A stretch of DNA of 64,000 bases, from assembly GCA_026004535.1 (NCBI GenBank), contig BPJI01000001.1:79915-143914 (forward strand), read 5' to 3'. Of this stretch, positions 21,645 through 31,155 are shown one piece after another (positions within the stretch are counted from its first letter, which is position 1; the number at the start of each line of letters is the position of its first letter). Both the position numbers and the translations under genes were made by a program. The notes beneath the pieces were generated by a model. The model ran no database searches. It was not told where the DNA came from and saw only the letters and a list, made by a program, of their open reading frames with translations. This DNA is from Candidatus Parcubacteria bacterium. GTDB taxonomy: Bacteria; Patescibacteriota; Minisyncoccia; UBA6257; HR35.

Positions 21645-21833
21645 ATGAAAAAGTGTCAAATTTGTGGCAAAGGTAAAAAATCAGCTATTAAAAGAAAGAA
21701 ATTGAGGGGTAAATTTAATCCAGTTAAGAAATACTTCCAAAAGCCCAATCTCCAGTGGTTTAATTTAAACAATAAAAAAGTTTTAGTTTGTAGTGATTGT
21801 CGTCGACTTATTTTACAAGGAAAGGCAAAGTAA
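21645..21833 (+). CDS. rpmB: 50S ribosomal protein L28
   Basis: KCQICGK...KPNLQ...VCSDC. Confidence 0.9.
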   Translation: MKKCQICGKGKKSAIKRKKLRGKFNPVKKYFQKPNLQWFNLNNKKVLVCSDCRRLILQGKAK

Positions 21834-22128
21834 TTGATCTTAATAATTCTTCAGAAATTAAAATAAGCTTTTCCCCCTCTAAAGCTTCACCTAATTTGTC
21901 TTTCTTCTCCTTTTCTAAACTTAAAGGATCTTTTTGGGCTATAATTTGTTTTTGAAAGATCAAACTCTCTTCCTTATTTCTTTTAACTAAAATCTCTAAA
22001 TCTCTTAATTCTTTTTTATAAGGTAAATTTTTTTTATATTCTTTAAAATATTGATAACCAACAAAGATAATTAGGATAAACAAAATAAAACTCGTTAATT
22101 TCCAAATATTAAATCTTGATGTTTTCAT
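21808..22128 (-). CDS. Septum formation initiator (FtsB/DivIC-like)
   Basis: TM, coiled coil, DP..LEKEKKDKLG...GEKLI. Confidence 0.65.
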   Translation of the reverse strand: MKTSRFNIWKLTSFILFILIIFVGYQYFKEYKKNLPYKKELRDLEILVKRNKEESLIFQKQIIAQKDPLSLEKEKKDKLGEALEGEKLILISEELLRSITLPFLVK

Positions 22129-22453
22129 AATAATTAATTTTTGAATTTTCTAAAACAACGGTGATTAAAGAAATAATCCAATTAGAATAATTAAACTTAT
22201 TAGCATAAAAACTGGCTATTTTCTCAATTTTTTTATATTTTTTTGATGAAAAATGGAATTCGGGAATAAATTCTGATTCTTCGGTTAAAGATTTAACCTC
22301 AACAAAATTGATTAAATTTTTCTTTAAAGCAATAATATCTATTTCACCAAAATTTTTAAACCGAAAATTTCTCTCAATTATTTTATAACCCTGATTTTCT
22401 AAAAATTTAACGGCTAAATCCTCAGCTAAATCACCAACTTCTTTTTTATTCAT
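22109..22453 (-). CDS. yraN: YraN/UPF0102 family nuclease
   Basis: GDLAEDLAVKFL...GYKIIERNFR...GEIDIIA...FVEVK. Confidence 0.92.
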   Translation of the reverse strand: MNKKEVGDLAEDLAVKFLENQGYKIIERNFRFKNFGEIDIIALKKNLINFVEVKSLTEESEFIPEFHFSSKKYKKIEKIASFYANKFNYSNWIISLITVVLENSKINYYENIKI

Positions 22454-24897
22454 TTAACAACAAAATTAATTATTTTGCCCTTAACAAAAATAATTTTACT
22501 TATTTTTTTATTTTTTAAATATTTTTCATATAAAGGCAAGGCTTTGACTTTTTCTTTAATTTCTTTTTCAGTTAATGTTTCTTTATCACTAATCAAAATT
22601 CCTCTTTTCTTGCCATTTATTTGAACAACGATTGAGAATTGTTTTTTCTCTAAAAGTTTAGGATCATACTTTGGCCAGGGTTCAAAATCGAGCAAATTTT
22701 TTTTACCAAACAAACTCCAAATTTCTTGACTCAAATGGGGCGCAAATGGGAAAAGTAACTTAATAAAAGTTAAAAAGGCTTCTCTATCATAGATATTTTC
22801 TTTTTCTATCTTTGCTCTTAACAAATCTTCGAAAACCATCATTTTACTAATAACAACATTAAATCTCATTTTCTTTATTCCTTCAGTTGTTTCATAAATT
22901 AAGCTGTTTAAAGCATATTTAATTTCTTCATCACTTTTTTTACTCTTATCTGGTTTTTCCTTTTTTAACTTTTGTGCTAATGACCAAACTCGATTTAAAA
23001 ATCTAAAAACCCCTTTAATGCCTTCTACTGACCATGGCTTTTCTGCTTCTAAGGGGCCCAAAAACATTTCATACATTCTTAAGGTATCAGCACCATATTC
23101 TTTAACAACCTCATCAGGATTAATAACATTACCTTTTGATTTTGACATTTTTTGACCATCAGGACCTAAAATTAAACCTTGATTAAACAATTTTTGAAAT
23201 GGTTCTTTATTATGAACCCAACCAATATCATAGAGAAATTTGTGCCAGAAACGAGCGTAAAGTAAATGCAAAACAGCATGCTCAGCTCCACCAACATAAA
23301 AATCAACTGGAAGCCAATATTTTAATTTATTTTTATCCCAGACAATTTCGTATTTTCCCTTTGATTTTTGATTTTTTAAAATATAAGCTAAATAATACCA
23401 ACAAGAACCAGCCCATTGAGGCATTGTTTGTGTTTCTCTTTCAGCTGGCCCTTTACATTGAGGACATCTTGTTTTTATCCAAATTTTAATATTTTTTAAT
23501 GGTGACTCGCCAGTACCAGTAGGTTCATAACTTTTAACTTTAGGCAATGTTACAGGCAAATCTTTTTCTTTCAAAGGGACAACGCCACATTGAGGACATC
23601 TAATTAAGGGAATTGGTTCGCCCCAATATCTTTGCCTTGAAAAAATCCAATCTCTTAATTTGTAATAAACAGTTTTCTTGGCTAAGCCTCGGTCAATTAG
23701 ATCTTGGCCAATTTTTTCTCGAGCTTCATCGCTTTTAAAACCAGAATATTCTCCTGAGCTTATCAAGATTCCCTCTTCAACATAAGGTAGTTCAATTTTT
23801 ATTCTCTTTTCGGGTTTAACTACTTGAATAATTTCTAAATCAAACTTTTTAGCAAAATTGAAATCCCTCTCATCATGAGCCGGAACTCCCATAATCGCAC
23901 CAGTACCATAACCAGCTAAAACATAACTACTAATCCAAATAGGAATCTTTTTATTATTTAAAGGATTTATAACGTATGAACCGGTAAAAACGCCTGTTAT
24001 TTCTTTTTCATAAATACCAAATCTTTCCTTCTTAATTTCTTCATAAATATAATTTTCAACATTCAAAAGATAATCTGGTTGAGTAATTTTTAAAGCTAAA
24101 GGATGATGAGGTGAAAGAACAACAAATGTTGCTCCATAAATAGTGTCTAATCTTGTAGTAAAAACTGCTATTTTTTCATTCGAGTTTTCCAAGGAAAACA
24201 AAACTTCATAACCTTCGCTTTTACCAATCCAATTTCTTTGCATTTCTTTAATATTTTCAGGCCAATCAAGGGTTTCTAAGTCATTAAGTAATCTTTCAGC
24301 ATAAAGAGTAATTTTGATATGCCATTGTTTTAAGTATTTTATCTCTGTTTGACTACCGCAACGTTCGCATCTACCACCGATTGCTTCTTCATCAGCTAAA
24401 CCAGTTTTACAAGATGGGCAAAAATTAATTGGCGCTTCCTTTTCATAAACCAATCCTTTTTCATACATTTTTAAAAACATCAACTGTGTCCATTTATAAT
24501 ATTCAGGATCAATTGTGGCTATTTCTCTTGACCAATCATAACTAAAACCAATTGATCTTAATTGCTTACGAAAACGGTCAATATGTTTAGGCACAAAGCT
24601 TAAAGGGTTCTTCTTAATCTTGATGGCAAAATTTTCGGTTGGTAAACCGAAAGCATCGTAGCCCATTGGATGTAAGACGTTATAACCATTCATTCGATAA
24701 AATCTACTTAAAATATCAGTGGCGGTATAACCTTCGACATGGCCAACATGAAGACCTTCGCCAGAAATATAAGGGAACATATCTAAAATATAAATTTTAG
24801 GTTTCTTAACAAAATCGATTGTTCGCCACATTAGAAATTTCTTTTTTTGCCAGACATTTTGCCATTTCTTTTCAATTTTACGAAAATTATACTTCAT
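22450..24897 (-). CDS. leuS: Leucine-tRNA ligase
   Basis: MFPY.SGEGLHVGH, SRQRYWG, KMSKS. Confidence 0.98.
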   Translation of the reverse strand: MKYNFRKIEKKWQNVWQKKKFLMWRTIDFVKKPKIYILDMFPYISGEGLHVGHVEGYTATDILSRFYRMNGYNVLHPMGYDAFGLPTENFAIKIKKNPLSFVPKHIDRFRKQLRSIGFSYDWSREIATIDPEYYKWTQLMFLKMYEKGLVYEKEAPINFCPSCKTGLADEEAIGGRCERCGSQTEIKYLKQWHIKITLYAERLLNDLETLDWPENIKEMQRNWIGKSEGYEVLFSLENSNEKIAVFTTRLDTIYGATFVVLSPHHPLALKITQPDYLLNVENYIYEEIKKERFGIYEKEITGVFTGSYVINPLNNKKIPIWISSYVLAGYGTGAIMGVPAHDERDFNFAKKFDLEIIQVVKPEKRIKIELPYVEEGILISSGEYSGFKSDEAREKIGQDLIDRGLAKKTVYYKLRDWIFSRQRYWGEPIPLIRCPQCGVVPLKEKDLPVTLPKVKSYEPTGTGESPLKNIKIWIKTRCPQCKGPAERETQTMPQWAGSCWYYLAYILKNQKSKGKYEIVWDKNKLKYWLPVDFYVGGAEHAVLHLLYARFWHKFLYDIGWVHNKEPFQKLFNQGLILGPDGQKMSKSKGNVINPDEVVKEYGADTLRMYEMFLGPLEAEKPWSVEGIKGVFRFLNRVWSLAQKLKKEKPDKSKKSDEEIKYALNSLIYETTEGIKKMRFNVVISKMMVFEDLLRAKIEKENIYDREAFLTFIKLLFPFAPHLSQEIWSLFGKKNLLDFEPWPKYDPKLLEKKQFSIVVQINGKKRGILISDKETLTEKEIKEKVKALPLYEKYLKNKKISKIIFVKGKIINFVVK

Positions 24898-24918
24898 AAT
24901 ATATAATTATATTACAAG

Positions 24919-25377
24919 ATGGAGATTCATTGGAAAACATATTCTCATATCCAACATCCTTATGGTGATTTATTATGGCATTTATTTTGGGGCATTATTA
25001 TTGGCATTACTTTAATTTGGGCAGTTTTAAATCATGATTTTTGGCTTTTGATTATCTCTTTTATAGCTTTGGTTTTCTTTTTTCATCCAAAATTTTATGA
25101 GCCTAAACTGATGGATATTAAAATTAATGAGCAAGGAATTTATATTGACAAAAAATTTTATCCTTGGAAAAATTTTTATGGCTTTGAAATTTTCGATAAT
25201 GGTTATAGAAAATTTATTTTTCTTTTACCTAATAAATTCTCTTTTGGCTTACATTTTCCTTTAGAAGAATTTTTTATTTCTGAAAAAGAAGTCAAAAATT
25301 TTTTAAAAAAATTTCTCGAAGAATATCAAGGGAAGGTTCCGTTTACTGATAAATTATATAGAAGTTTTTATTTATAA
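24919..25377 (+). CDS. Hypothetical two-TM protein (CPR-type)
   Basis: Two TM helices then INEQGIYIDKKFYPW beta domain. Confidence 0.65.
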   Translation: MEIHWKTYSHIQHPYGDLLWHLFWGIIIGITLIWAVLNHDFWLLIISFIALVFFFHPKFYEPKLMDIKINEQGIYIDKKFYPWKNFYGFEIFDNGYRKFIFLLPNKFSFGLHFPLEEFFISEKEVKNFLKKFLEEYQGKVPFTDKLYRSFYL

Positions 25378-25388
25378 AAAAATAAATC

Positions 25389-25461
25389 TGCGCTGGGCTG
25401 GATTCGAACCAGCGACCCCCGTCTTATAAGGACGGTGCTCTAACCGCTGAGCTACCAGCGC
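25389..25461 (-). tRNA. tRNA-Ile (anticodon UAU)
   Basis: GCGCTGGTAGCTCAGCGGTTAGAGCA CCGTC-CT TAT AA-GACGG GGGTCGCTGGTTCGAATCCAGCCCAGCGCA; full cloverleaf. Confidence 0.9.
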
Positions 25462-25812
25462 TTAAATATCTGTTCTTACCTCAACTCTTTTTACCTGTTT
25501 TGATTCTTTTTTAGGAATTTTAATCATCAAAATGCCATTATGATAATAAGCTCGAATATTTTCTAAATCTAAATCTTTAGGTAAAACAATTGTCCTTGAA
25601 AATGGCCCCCAAAAACATTCTTGATGCTCATATAAAGATGGATCAATATTTTCTGGTGGCATTCTCGTTCCTTTAATTATTAAAACATCTCCCTCAACCA
25701 AAATTTCAATGTTCTCTAAATTTGCACCGGCAATCGGTGAAACAATAACTAATTCATCATCTTTAAAATACACATCAATTGTTAATGTGCCTTCTTTTTT
25801 TTCTTCAGCCAT
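25462..25812 (-). CDS. Hsp20 family protein
   Basis: GTLTIDVY...QECFWGPFSRTIVLP...NGILMIKIPK. Confidence 0.9.
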   Translation of the reverse strand: MAEEKKEGTLTIDVYFKDDELVIVSPIAGANLENIEILVEGDVLIIKGTRMPPENIDPSLYEHQECFWGPFSRTIVLPKDLDLENIRAYYHNGILMIKIPKKESKQVKRVEVRTDI

Positions 25813-26458
25813 TTTCAGCTAAATAATTTAATTTACTAAGAACGACCAAAAAGGCTGTCCATAAAATTGGCAAAACCAAAATGAAGCCGGGTGGTAAACT
25901 AATTATAAGATAATTATAAAAAAAATGCAAAAAAGAACCAGTAGCAAATGAAAAAACAAACGGAAAAATTCTTCTTGTTTTAATTAAAAAAGCATAACCA
26001 TAACCAATCAAGGCTGAGGCTAAAATATGAAGCAAATTAGCTCCTAAAAATCTTAAAAACAAAATTGAAACAGGACTATAAATTGCTAAAGATGAAGGTT
26101 TAGTAATTAAAACAAAATTTTCTAAAAAAGCAAAACCCCAAGCGGCAAACATCATATAGATCATTGCATCAATTGGTTCATCAAAAATTTTTTGCGGGAA
26201 AATAAAAAACCAAATTAAAATAAATTTAAAAAACTCTTCGATAAAAGAAAAAAGTAAAAATTTTAAGAACTTATTTTCGGAAACAAATGGATTCAACAAA
26301 CCCTCAACATAATATGCCAAAAAAGCTGAAATTATACCTAATAAAAAAGCCAGAAAGAGCCAGATCTTTGGTTCGGGATGCCTGTCTTTTTTATAAAAAT
26401 AAAAAATCCAAATAAATGGTAAAAAAAGCGATAAAAAAGAATGATAAACTATTGCCAC
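25805..26458 (-). CDS. PrsW family intramembrane protease
   Basis: KKDRHPEP, IEEFFK, GFAFLEN, HILAS, LHFFYN. Confidence 0.9.
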   Translation of the reverse strand: MAIVYHSFLSLFLPFIWIFYFYKKDRHPEPKIWLFLAFLLGIISAFLAYYVEGLLNPFVSENKFLKFLLFSFIEEFFKFILIWFFIFPQKIFDEPIDAMIYMMFAAWGFAFLENFVLITKPSSLAIYSPVSILFLRFLGANLLHILASALIGYGYAFLIKTRRIFPFVFSFATGSFLHFFYNYLIISLPPGFILVLPILWTAFLVVLSKLNYLAENG

Positions 26459-28536
26459 TTTTCAAAAAACAAAGGTTTTTTCTGACCAAAAGAAAAATAA
26501 ATCAATTGAGTTAAATGAGGGATAAATGGATGTAAAAGTTTTAAGCTTTCTAACATTACTTGACGAAATATCTGGGGGTTGTTTTTTGTTTCTCCTTTCC
26601 AGGTTTCTAAATAAATATCACAAAGTTCGTGCCAAAAAAATTTATAGATCCTTTTTAGGGCTAAACCAAGTTCAAAATCCTCAATTTTTCGATTAACAAA
26701 ATTTTTTGTTATTTTCAAAGAAGCTAAAATTTTTTTATCAGCCGATGATAATGAATTTTCTTTTAAAACCTTGTGTTTAGATATTGTCAAAAAGTAAAAC
26801 CTATAGGCATTCCAGATTTTATTTAAAAATTTTTTACCCTGATCAATTGGTCTTTCGTCAAATCTTAAATCTTGATGAGCTGACATTTGGAACAAAATTC
26901 CAAATCTTAAAGCATCAGTACCATATTTTTCGATCAATTCTAAAGGATCAACACCGATACCTAAACTCTTAGACATTCTTTTTCCTTCTTTAGTTAAAAC
27001 TGTTGGATGAATAAAAACTGTTTTAAATGGTGTTTTTTTCATAAAAAACTTACCTGAAAAAATCATTCTTGCGATCCAAAGTTGAAGTATTTCTCGAGCT
27101 GAAGCAACTAAATCTGCTGGATACCATTTTTTTTCTTTTTGATAATACAAAATGGCAAAAGGCCATAAAGCAGAGGAAAACCAAGTGTCAAAAACCTCTT
27201 CTGTTCTTTGCCAATTAGATTTTTTACACTGAGAACATTTTATTTTGGGTTTTTTAAAACTAACAACATATTTTTCATCGCCACAATTTTGACAATACCA
27301 AACAGGCAATTGTTGTCCCCACCAAATTTTTCTTGAAATACACCAGTCTCTAATATTTCTTAACCAATCAAAATATGGCTTTTTAAATTTGGCTGGATAA
27401 ATTTCAACTTCTTTATTTTTAACAGCCCTAATTGCTAGTTGAGCCAAATCTTTCATTTTTAAAAACCATTCTTTCGAAGGAATAACTTGAAGTTCAGTTT
27501 TGCAACGCTCGCAAACTGGTAAATTGTGTTTTATCTTTTCTATTTTTTCAATTAAATTTAATTCTTTTAATCTATCAACAATTTTTTGTCTTGCGGTTAA
27601 ATAATCTAAACCACTAAATTCACTAACATCAGTCATTTTTGCTTGTGTATCAATAACTGAAATTAATGGTAATTGATGCCTTAAACCAATTTCATAATCA
27701 ACCAAAGAATGTGCTGGCGTAACCTTTAAAATACCTGTTCCAAATTTAGGATCAACTCTTTGATCAACAATAATCGGTAGTTCTCGATTAATTATTGGTA
27801 AAAGAGCAATTTTGCCAACTAAATGAAAATTTTTTTCATCTTTAGGATTAATAGCCAAAGCAACATCAGCTAACATTGTTTCTGGTCGGGTCGTGGCAAT
27901 TATAACAAAACCTCCTAATTTTAGAGGATATTTAATATAATAAAGCTCGCCTTCCGTTTCTTTGTATTCAATTTCTAAATCAGAAAGAGAAGTTTGACAA
28001 CGAGGGCAAAAATTAACTGGTCTCAAATCTCGATAAATATATCCTTTTTTATAATAATCAAGAAAAGCCTTCTCAACCCAAGCAACATACTCTTTATCTA
28101 AAGTAAATTTTACTCTTGACCAATCTAAGGCTAAACCTAACTTTTTAAATTGCTCTAAAATTATGCCGCCGTATTTTTCTTTCCATTGCCAGACTCTGTC
28201 AATAAATTTTTCTCTGCCTAAATCAAATCTTGTCAAGCCTTCTTTTCTTAATTCTTTTTCAACAACATTTTGGGTTGCAATACCTGCATGATCAATCCCA
28301 GGAAACCAAATAGAATCATAACCCTGCATTTTCTTATAACGCCAAATTGTATCTAAAATAACATTTTGTAAAGTATGTCCAAGATGTAAAGAGCCAGTAA
28401 TGTTTGGTGGAGCAATTAAAATAATAAACGGTTTTCCTTTGCCTCTTGGTTTAAAATAAGGAATCCAAAAATTATAAATTTTTTCTTCAAATTCAAAAGG
28501 ATCATATGCTTTTTTTTCAAAGATTTCTTTTTTCAT
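26449..28536 (-). CDS. valS: Valine-tRNA ligase (no C-terminal coiled coil)
   Basis: PPNITGSLHLGH, DWCISR, RMSKS. Confidence 0.97.
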   Translation of the reverse strand: MKKEIFEKKAYDPFEFEEKIYNFWIPYFKPRGKGKPFIILIAPPNITGSLHLGHTLQNVILDTIWRYKKMQGYDSIWFPGIDHAGIATQNVVEKELRKEGLTRFDLGREKFIDRVWQWKEKYGGIILEQFKKLGLALDWSRVKFTLDKEYVAWVEKAFLDYYKKGYIYRDLRPVNFCPRCQTSLSDLEIEYKETEGELYYIKYPLKLGGFVIIATTRPETMLADVALAINPKDEKNFHLVGKIALLPIINRELPIIVDQRVDPKFGTGILKVTPAHSLVDYEIGLRHQLPLISVIDTQAKMTDVSEFSGLDYLTARQKIVDRLKELNLIEKIEKIKHNLPVCERCKTELQVIPSKEWFLKMKDLAQLAIRAVKNKEVEIYPAKFKKPYFDWLRNIRDWCISRKIWWGQQLPVWYCQNCGDEKYVVSFKKPKIKCSQCKKSNWQRTEEVFDTWFSSALWPFAILYYQKEKKWYPADLVASAREILQLWIARMIFSGKFFMKKTPFKTVFIHPTVLTKEGKRMSKSLGIGVDPLELIEKYGTDALRFGILFQMSAHQDLRFDERPIDQGKKFLNKIWNAYRFYFLTISKHKVLKENSLSSADKKILASLKITKNFVNRKIEDFELGLALKRIYKFFWHELCDIYLETWKGETKNNPQIFRQVMLESLKLLHPFIPHLTQLIYFSFGQKKPLFFEKWQ

Positions 28537-28557
28537 TATAATATATTATAACATAAT

Positions 28558-28638
28558 GGTGGGGTGGCAGAATGGGATTGCACACGGCTCGAAACCGTGG
28601 GCCTTACGGCCATGTGGGTTCGAATCCCACCCCCACCG
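28558..28638 (+). tRNA. tRNA-Ser (anticodon CGA)
   Basis: GGTGGGG acceptor, CACGG-CT CGA AA-CCGTG, variable arm GGCC-TTAC-GGCC, GGTTCGAATCC. Confidence 0.9.
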
Positions 28639-28791
28639 CACGCAAACAGTTAAAAATAAGTTTGATAAGTACAAAGCAAAGCAAACAGGTGGTAGGGTGA
28701 GAACCCACAGCAACCCAACAAGCTATAAGCACAAACCAGAAACAAGAGAGTAAAGATGTTTTTGAAATTACTAAATATGTGGTTTACCGTT

Positions 28792-28836
28792 TTCGAATCT
28801 CATCCCCACTGCACGCAAACAGGTAAAAACAAGCTT
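28792..28836 (+). repeat. Degenerate direct repeat of the tRNA-Ser 3' end and flank (att-like scar)
   Basis: Matches 28619-28663 at 39 of 45 positions. Confidence 0.75.
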
Positions 28837-28837
28837 T

Positions 28838-29665
28838 TTAATTCTCATATAGCAAAGGAGTGGCCAAACAGATTGAAGAATAAGTACCAATAAGAATACC
28901 TATTTGAATTGATAAAAGAAATGCTCTTAAATCAGGAATTAAAATTGACAAAGGCAAAATTGCTAAAACAGCCGTTAAAGAGGTAAAAATTGATCTCCTT
29001 AAGGTTTGCTGAATGCTCAAATTAAAAACCTCAATTGTTTTTTTGCCTGTTTTTAAAATATTTTCTCTCAAACGATCAAAAACAACGATTGTATCATGAA
29101 CTGAAAAACCAGCAACAATAAGTAAAGCGGTAATAAATTTAATGTCTAAATCAAAATTAAAGAATTTTGACAGCAAAACATAAAAGCCGGTTGTCGCCAT
29201 AACGTCGTGAAATAAAGTTATGACCACAATAAAACCTAAAAGAAATGGTGAAAATTGATTTTTCAATTGATAAAAAGCAAAGGCAACATAAAGACCAATT
29301 GCTAATAAAACTAGAATAATCATCAACATTGCTTTTTGTCTTAATTCTGAACTCAAACTACTACTAATTGATTCAAATCTTATTCTTTGACTTTGATTAT
29401 CTTGTTTTTGAATTTCTTGCCAGAGAAGATTTAAATTTTCTTGACTTTTAATCAAATAACCATCTTGAGTTTGATAATATACTGCTTTAAGCTTTAAATT
29501 ATTAATAATTGAGGGTACATTAGCTTTGGTTTTAACTTCTAAAATTTGACCACCAATCAAATCAATGCCTAAATTAGGGTTAAAAAAATAAAAACTCAGA
29601 CCACCAAACAGAACCAAAATCAAGCTTAAAAAATAAAAATAATATCTATATTTAATGAAATCCAT
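28838..29665 (-). CDS. secF: Protein translocase subunit SecF
   Basis: LGIDLIGG, HDV, GFSVHDTIVVFDRLREN, GTYSSIC. Confidence 0.95.
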   Translation of the reverse strand: MDFIKYRYYFYFLSLILVLFGGLSFYFFNPNLGIDLIGGQILEVKTKANVPSIINNLKLKAVYYQTQDGYLIKSQENLNLLWQEIQKQDNQSQRIRFESISSSLSSELRQKAMLMIILVLLAIGLYVAFAFYQLKNQFSPFLLGFIVVITLFHDVMATTGFYVLLSKFFNFDLDIKFITALLIVAGFSVHDTIVVFDRLRENILKTGKKTIEVFNLSIQQTLRRSIFTSLTAVLAILPLSILIPDLRAFLLSIQIGILIGTYSSICLATPLLYEN

Positions 29666-29670
29666 TAATT

Positions 29671-29693
29671 TTTATGACGTCGTACGTCGTAAA
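29671..29693. repeat. Short GACGTCGTACGTC-core palindrome (related copies at 42860-42882 and 52277-52306)
   Basis: tttatgacgtcgtacgtcgtaaa; supplies the last codons and stop of secD. Confidence 0.7.
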
Positions 29694-30856
29694 TATATTG
29701 TCTCTAATAAATAATGGGTGAAAAAAACTGCTGTTAAAAAACTAATAACAACCCCTAAAAATAATGTCAGAGCAAATCCTTTAACAAAAGAAACTGCTAA
29801 AAAATAAATCAACAAAGAAGAAATAATTGTTGTTAAATTAGAATCACGAATTGAAGGAAAAGCTCGAGTAAAACCTTCTTTAACTATGTCAATATCTCTG
29901 AGTCCTCTTTTCTTTTCTTCTTTCATTCTTTCAAAAATCAAAATATTAGCATCAACAGCCATCCCAATTGCTAAAACCAGACCACTTAATGAAGCTAAAG
30001 AAATTGTTGCACCTAAAATTTTATAAAGAGCTAGATTAAAAACAAGAAAGAAAATTAAAGCTAAATCAGCAATTAAACCCTGAAAACCATAAAAAATAAT
30101 CATAAACAAAACAACCAAAATTATTCCAGCAATTGAACCTTTTAAGGCTAAATTAAGGGTTTTTTGACTTAAAATTGGATTAACAACTGATTCAGCAATT
30201 AAAATTAATGGCGCAGGTAAAGCTCCTTGATTTAAACGATTAGCTAAAAGTTTTGCTTCGTCTAAAGTAAATTTACCGGTTATTTGAGCTTGGCCATTTT
30301 CAATTACATCTCTAACAATTGGGGCACTAATTAATTTACCGTCTAAATAAATCGCAATTGGTTGATTAAGATACTTTTGGGTTAGATCTTTAAAAATTTT
30401 TGCTCCTTGTGAGTTAAATTGTAAGCTAACAATTGGTTCTAAAGTATTAGGATTTATAACAACATCAGCCCTAACTAAATATTCACCCGTAAGCCCTGAG
30501 GAAACAAAATCTCCATTTTTCGGTATTCTAAATTCTAAAAATGGCGTTTCGCCAATTACTTTTTTAGCTTGGTCTGGATCTTTAATATTAGGGATCTCAA
30601 TTAAAATTCTACCTGACTCAGAAAAACCAATAGAATATTCGCTGACACCTAAAAAATTAATTCTTCTTTCAATTAAATCTTTCGTTTGCTCTAAGATATT
30701 TTTGATATTCTCTTTTTTAACATTCTGAAAATCAATTTGATAAGTTAAAATTGTTCCACCAGCAATATCCATACCCAAAGAAAATGGTTTGCGAAAAATG
30801 AGATACAAGCTTAAGATAAAAAATAATAAGAATAAAACCAAGAACCAATTTTTCAT
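29672..30856 (-). CDS. secD: Protein translocase subunit SecD
   Basis: LGMDIAGG, IERRIN, GALPAP, GMAVDANILIFER. Confidence 0.95.
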   Translation of the reverse strand: MKNWFLVLFLLFFILSLYLIFRKPFSLGMDIAGGTILTYQIDFQNVKKENIKNILEQTKDLIERRINFLGVSEYSIGFSESGRILIEIPNIKDPDQAKKVIGETPFLEFRIPKNGDFVSSGLTGEYLVRADVVINPNTLEPIVSLQFNSQGAKIFKDLTQKYLNQPIAIYLDGKLISAPIVRDVIENGQAQITGKFTLDEAKLLANRLNQGALPAPLILIAESVVNPILSQKTLNLALKGSIAGIILVVLFMIIFYGFQGLIADLALIFFLVFNLALYKILGATISLASLSGLVLAIGMAVDANILIFERMKEEKKRGLRDIDIVKEGFTRAFPSIRDSNLTTIISSLLIYFLAVSFVKGFALTLFLGVVISFLTAVFFTHYLLETIYLRRTTS

Positions 30857-31155
30857 CTAAAAATCTTAGCTAATTTTTCAAATAAATTAGCTAAAAAGTT
30901 TTTAATTGTTGTCCAAAACAAAACAATATCAATGCCAAATTTTTCTTTTAATTTTATTGGAATCTGGCTAAAATCAATACCTGTTACTTGTTGAAGAAAA
31001 CTAACTAAGTTTTGCCAACCAGTTTTTAAAGTATTAAAAAAAATATCCCAATTAACAAATTGTTTTATTTTAGCTAAAATATTTTTTGGCAAAATAGCAA
31101 AAACAATCAAAATAACAATCAAATAAAATATCCATTTTAAAATTTTTCCAATCAT
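30853..31155 (-). CDS. Hypothetical membrane protein
   Basis: 100 aa ORF overlapping gltX stop and secD start; N-terminal TM. Confidence 0.7.
   Translation of the reverse strand: MIGKILKWIFYLIVILIVFAILPKNILAKIKQFVNWDIFFNTLKTGWQNLVSFLQQVTGIDFSQIPIKLKEKFGIDIVLFWTTIKNFLANLFEKLAKIFR

Noticed and set aside
28556-28753. 65-aa ORF
   Set aside because: It overlaps tRNA-Ser and the att-like repeat, with no protein features.
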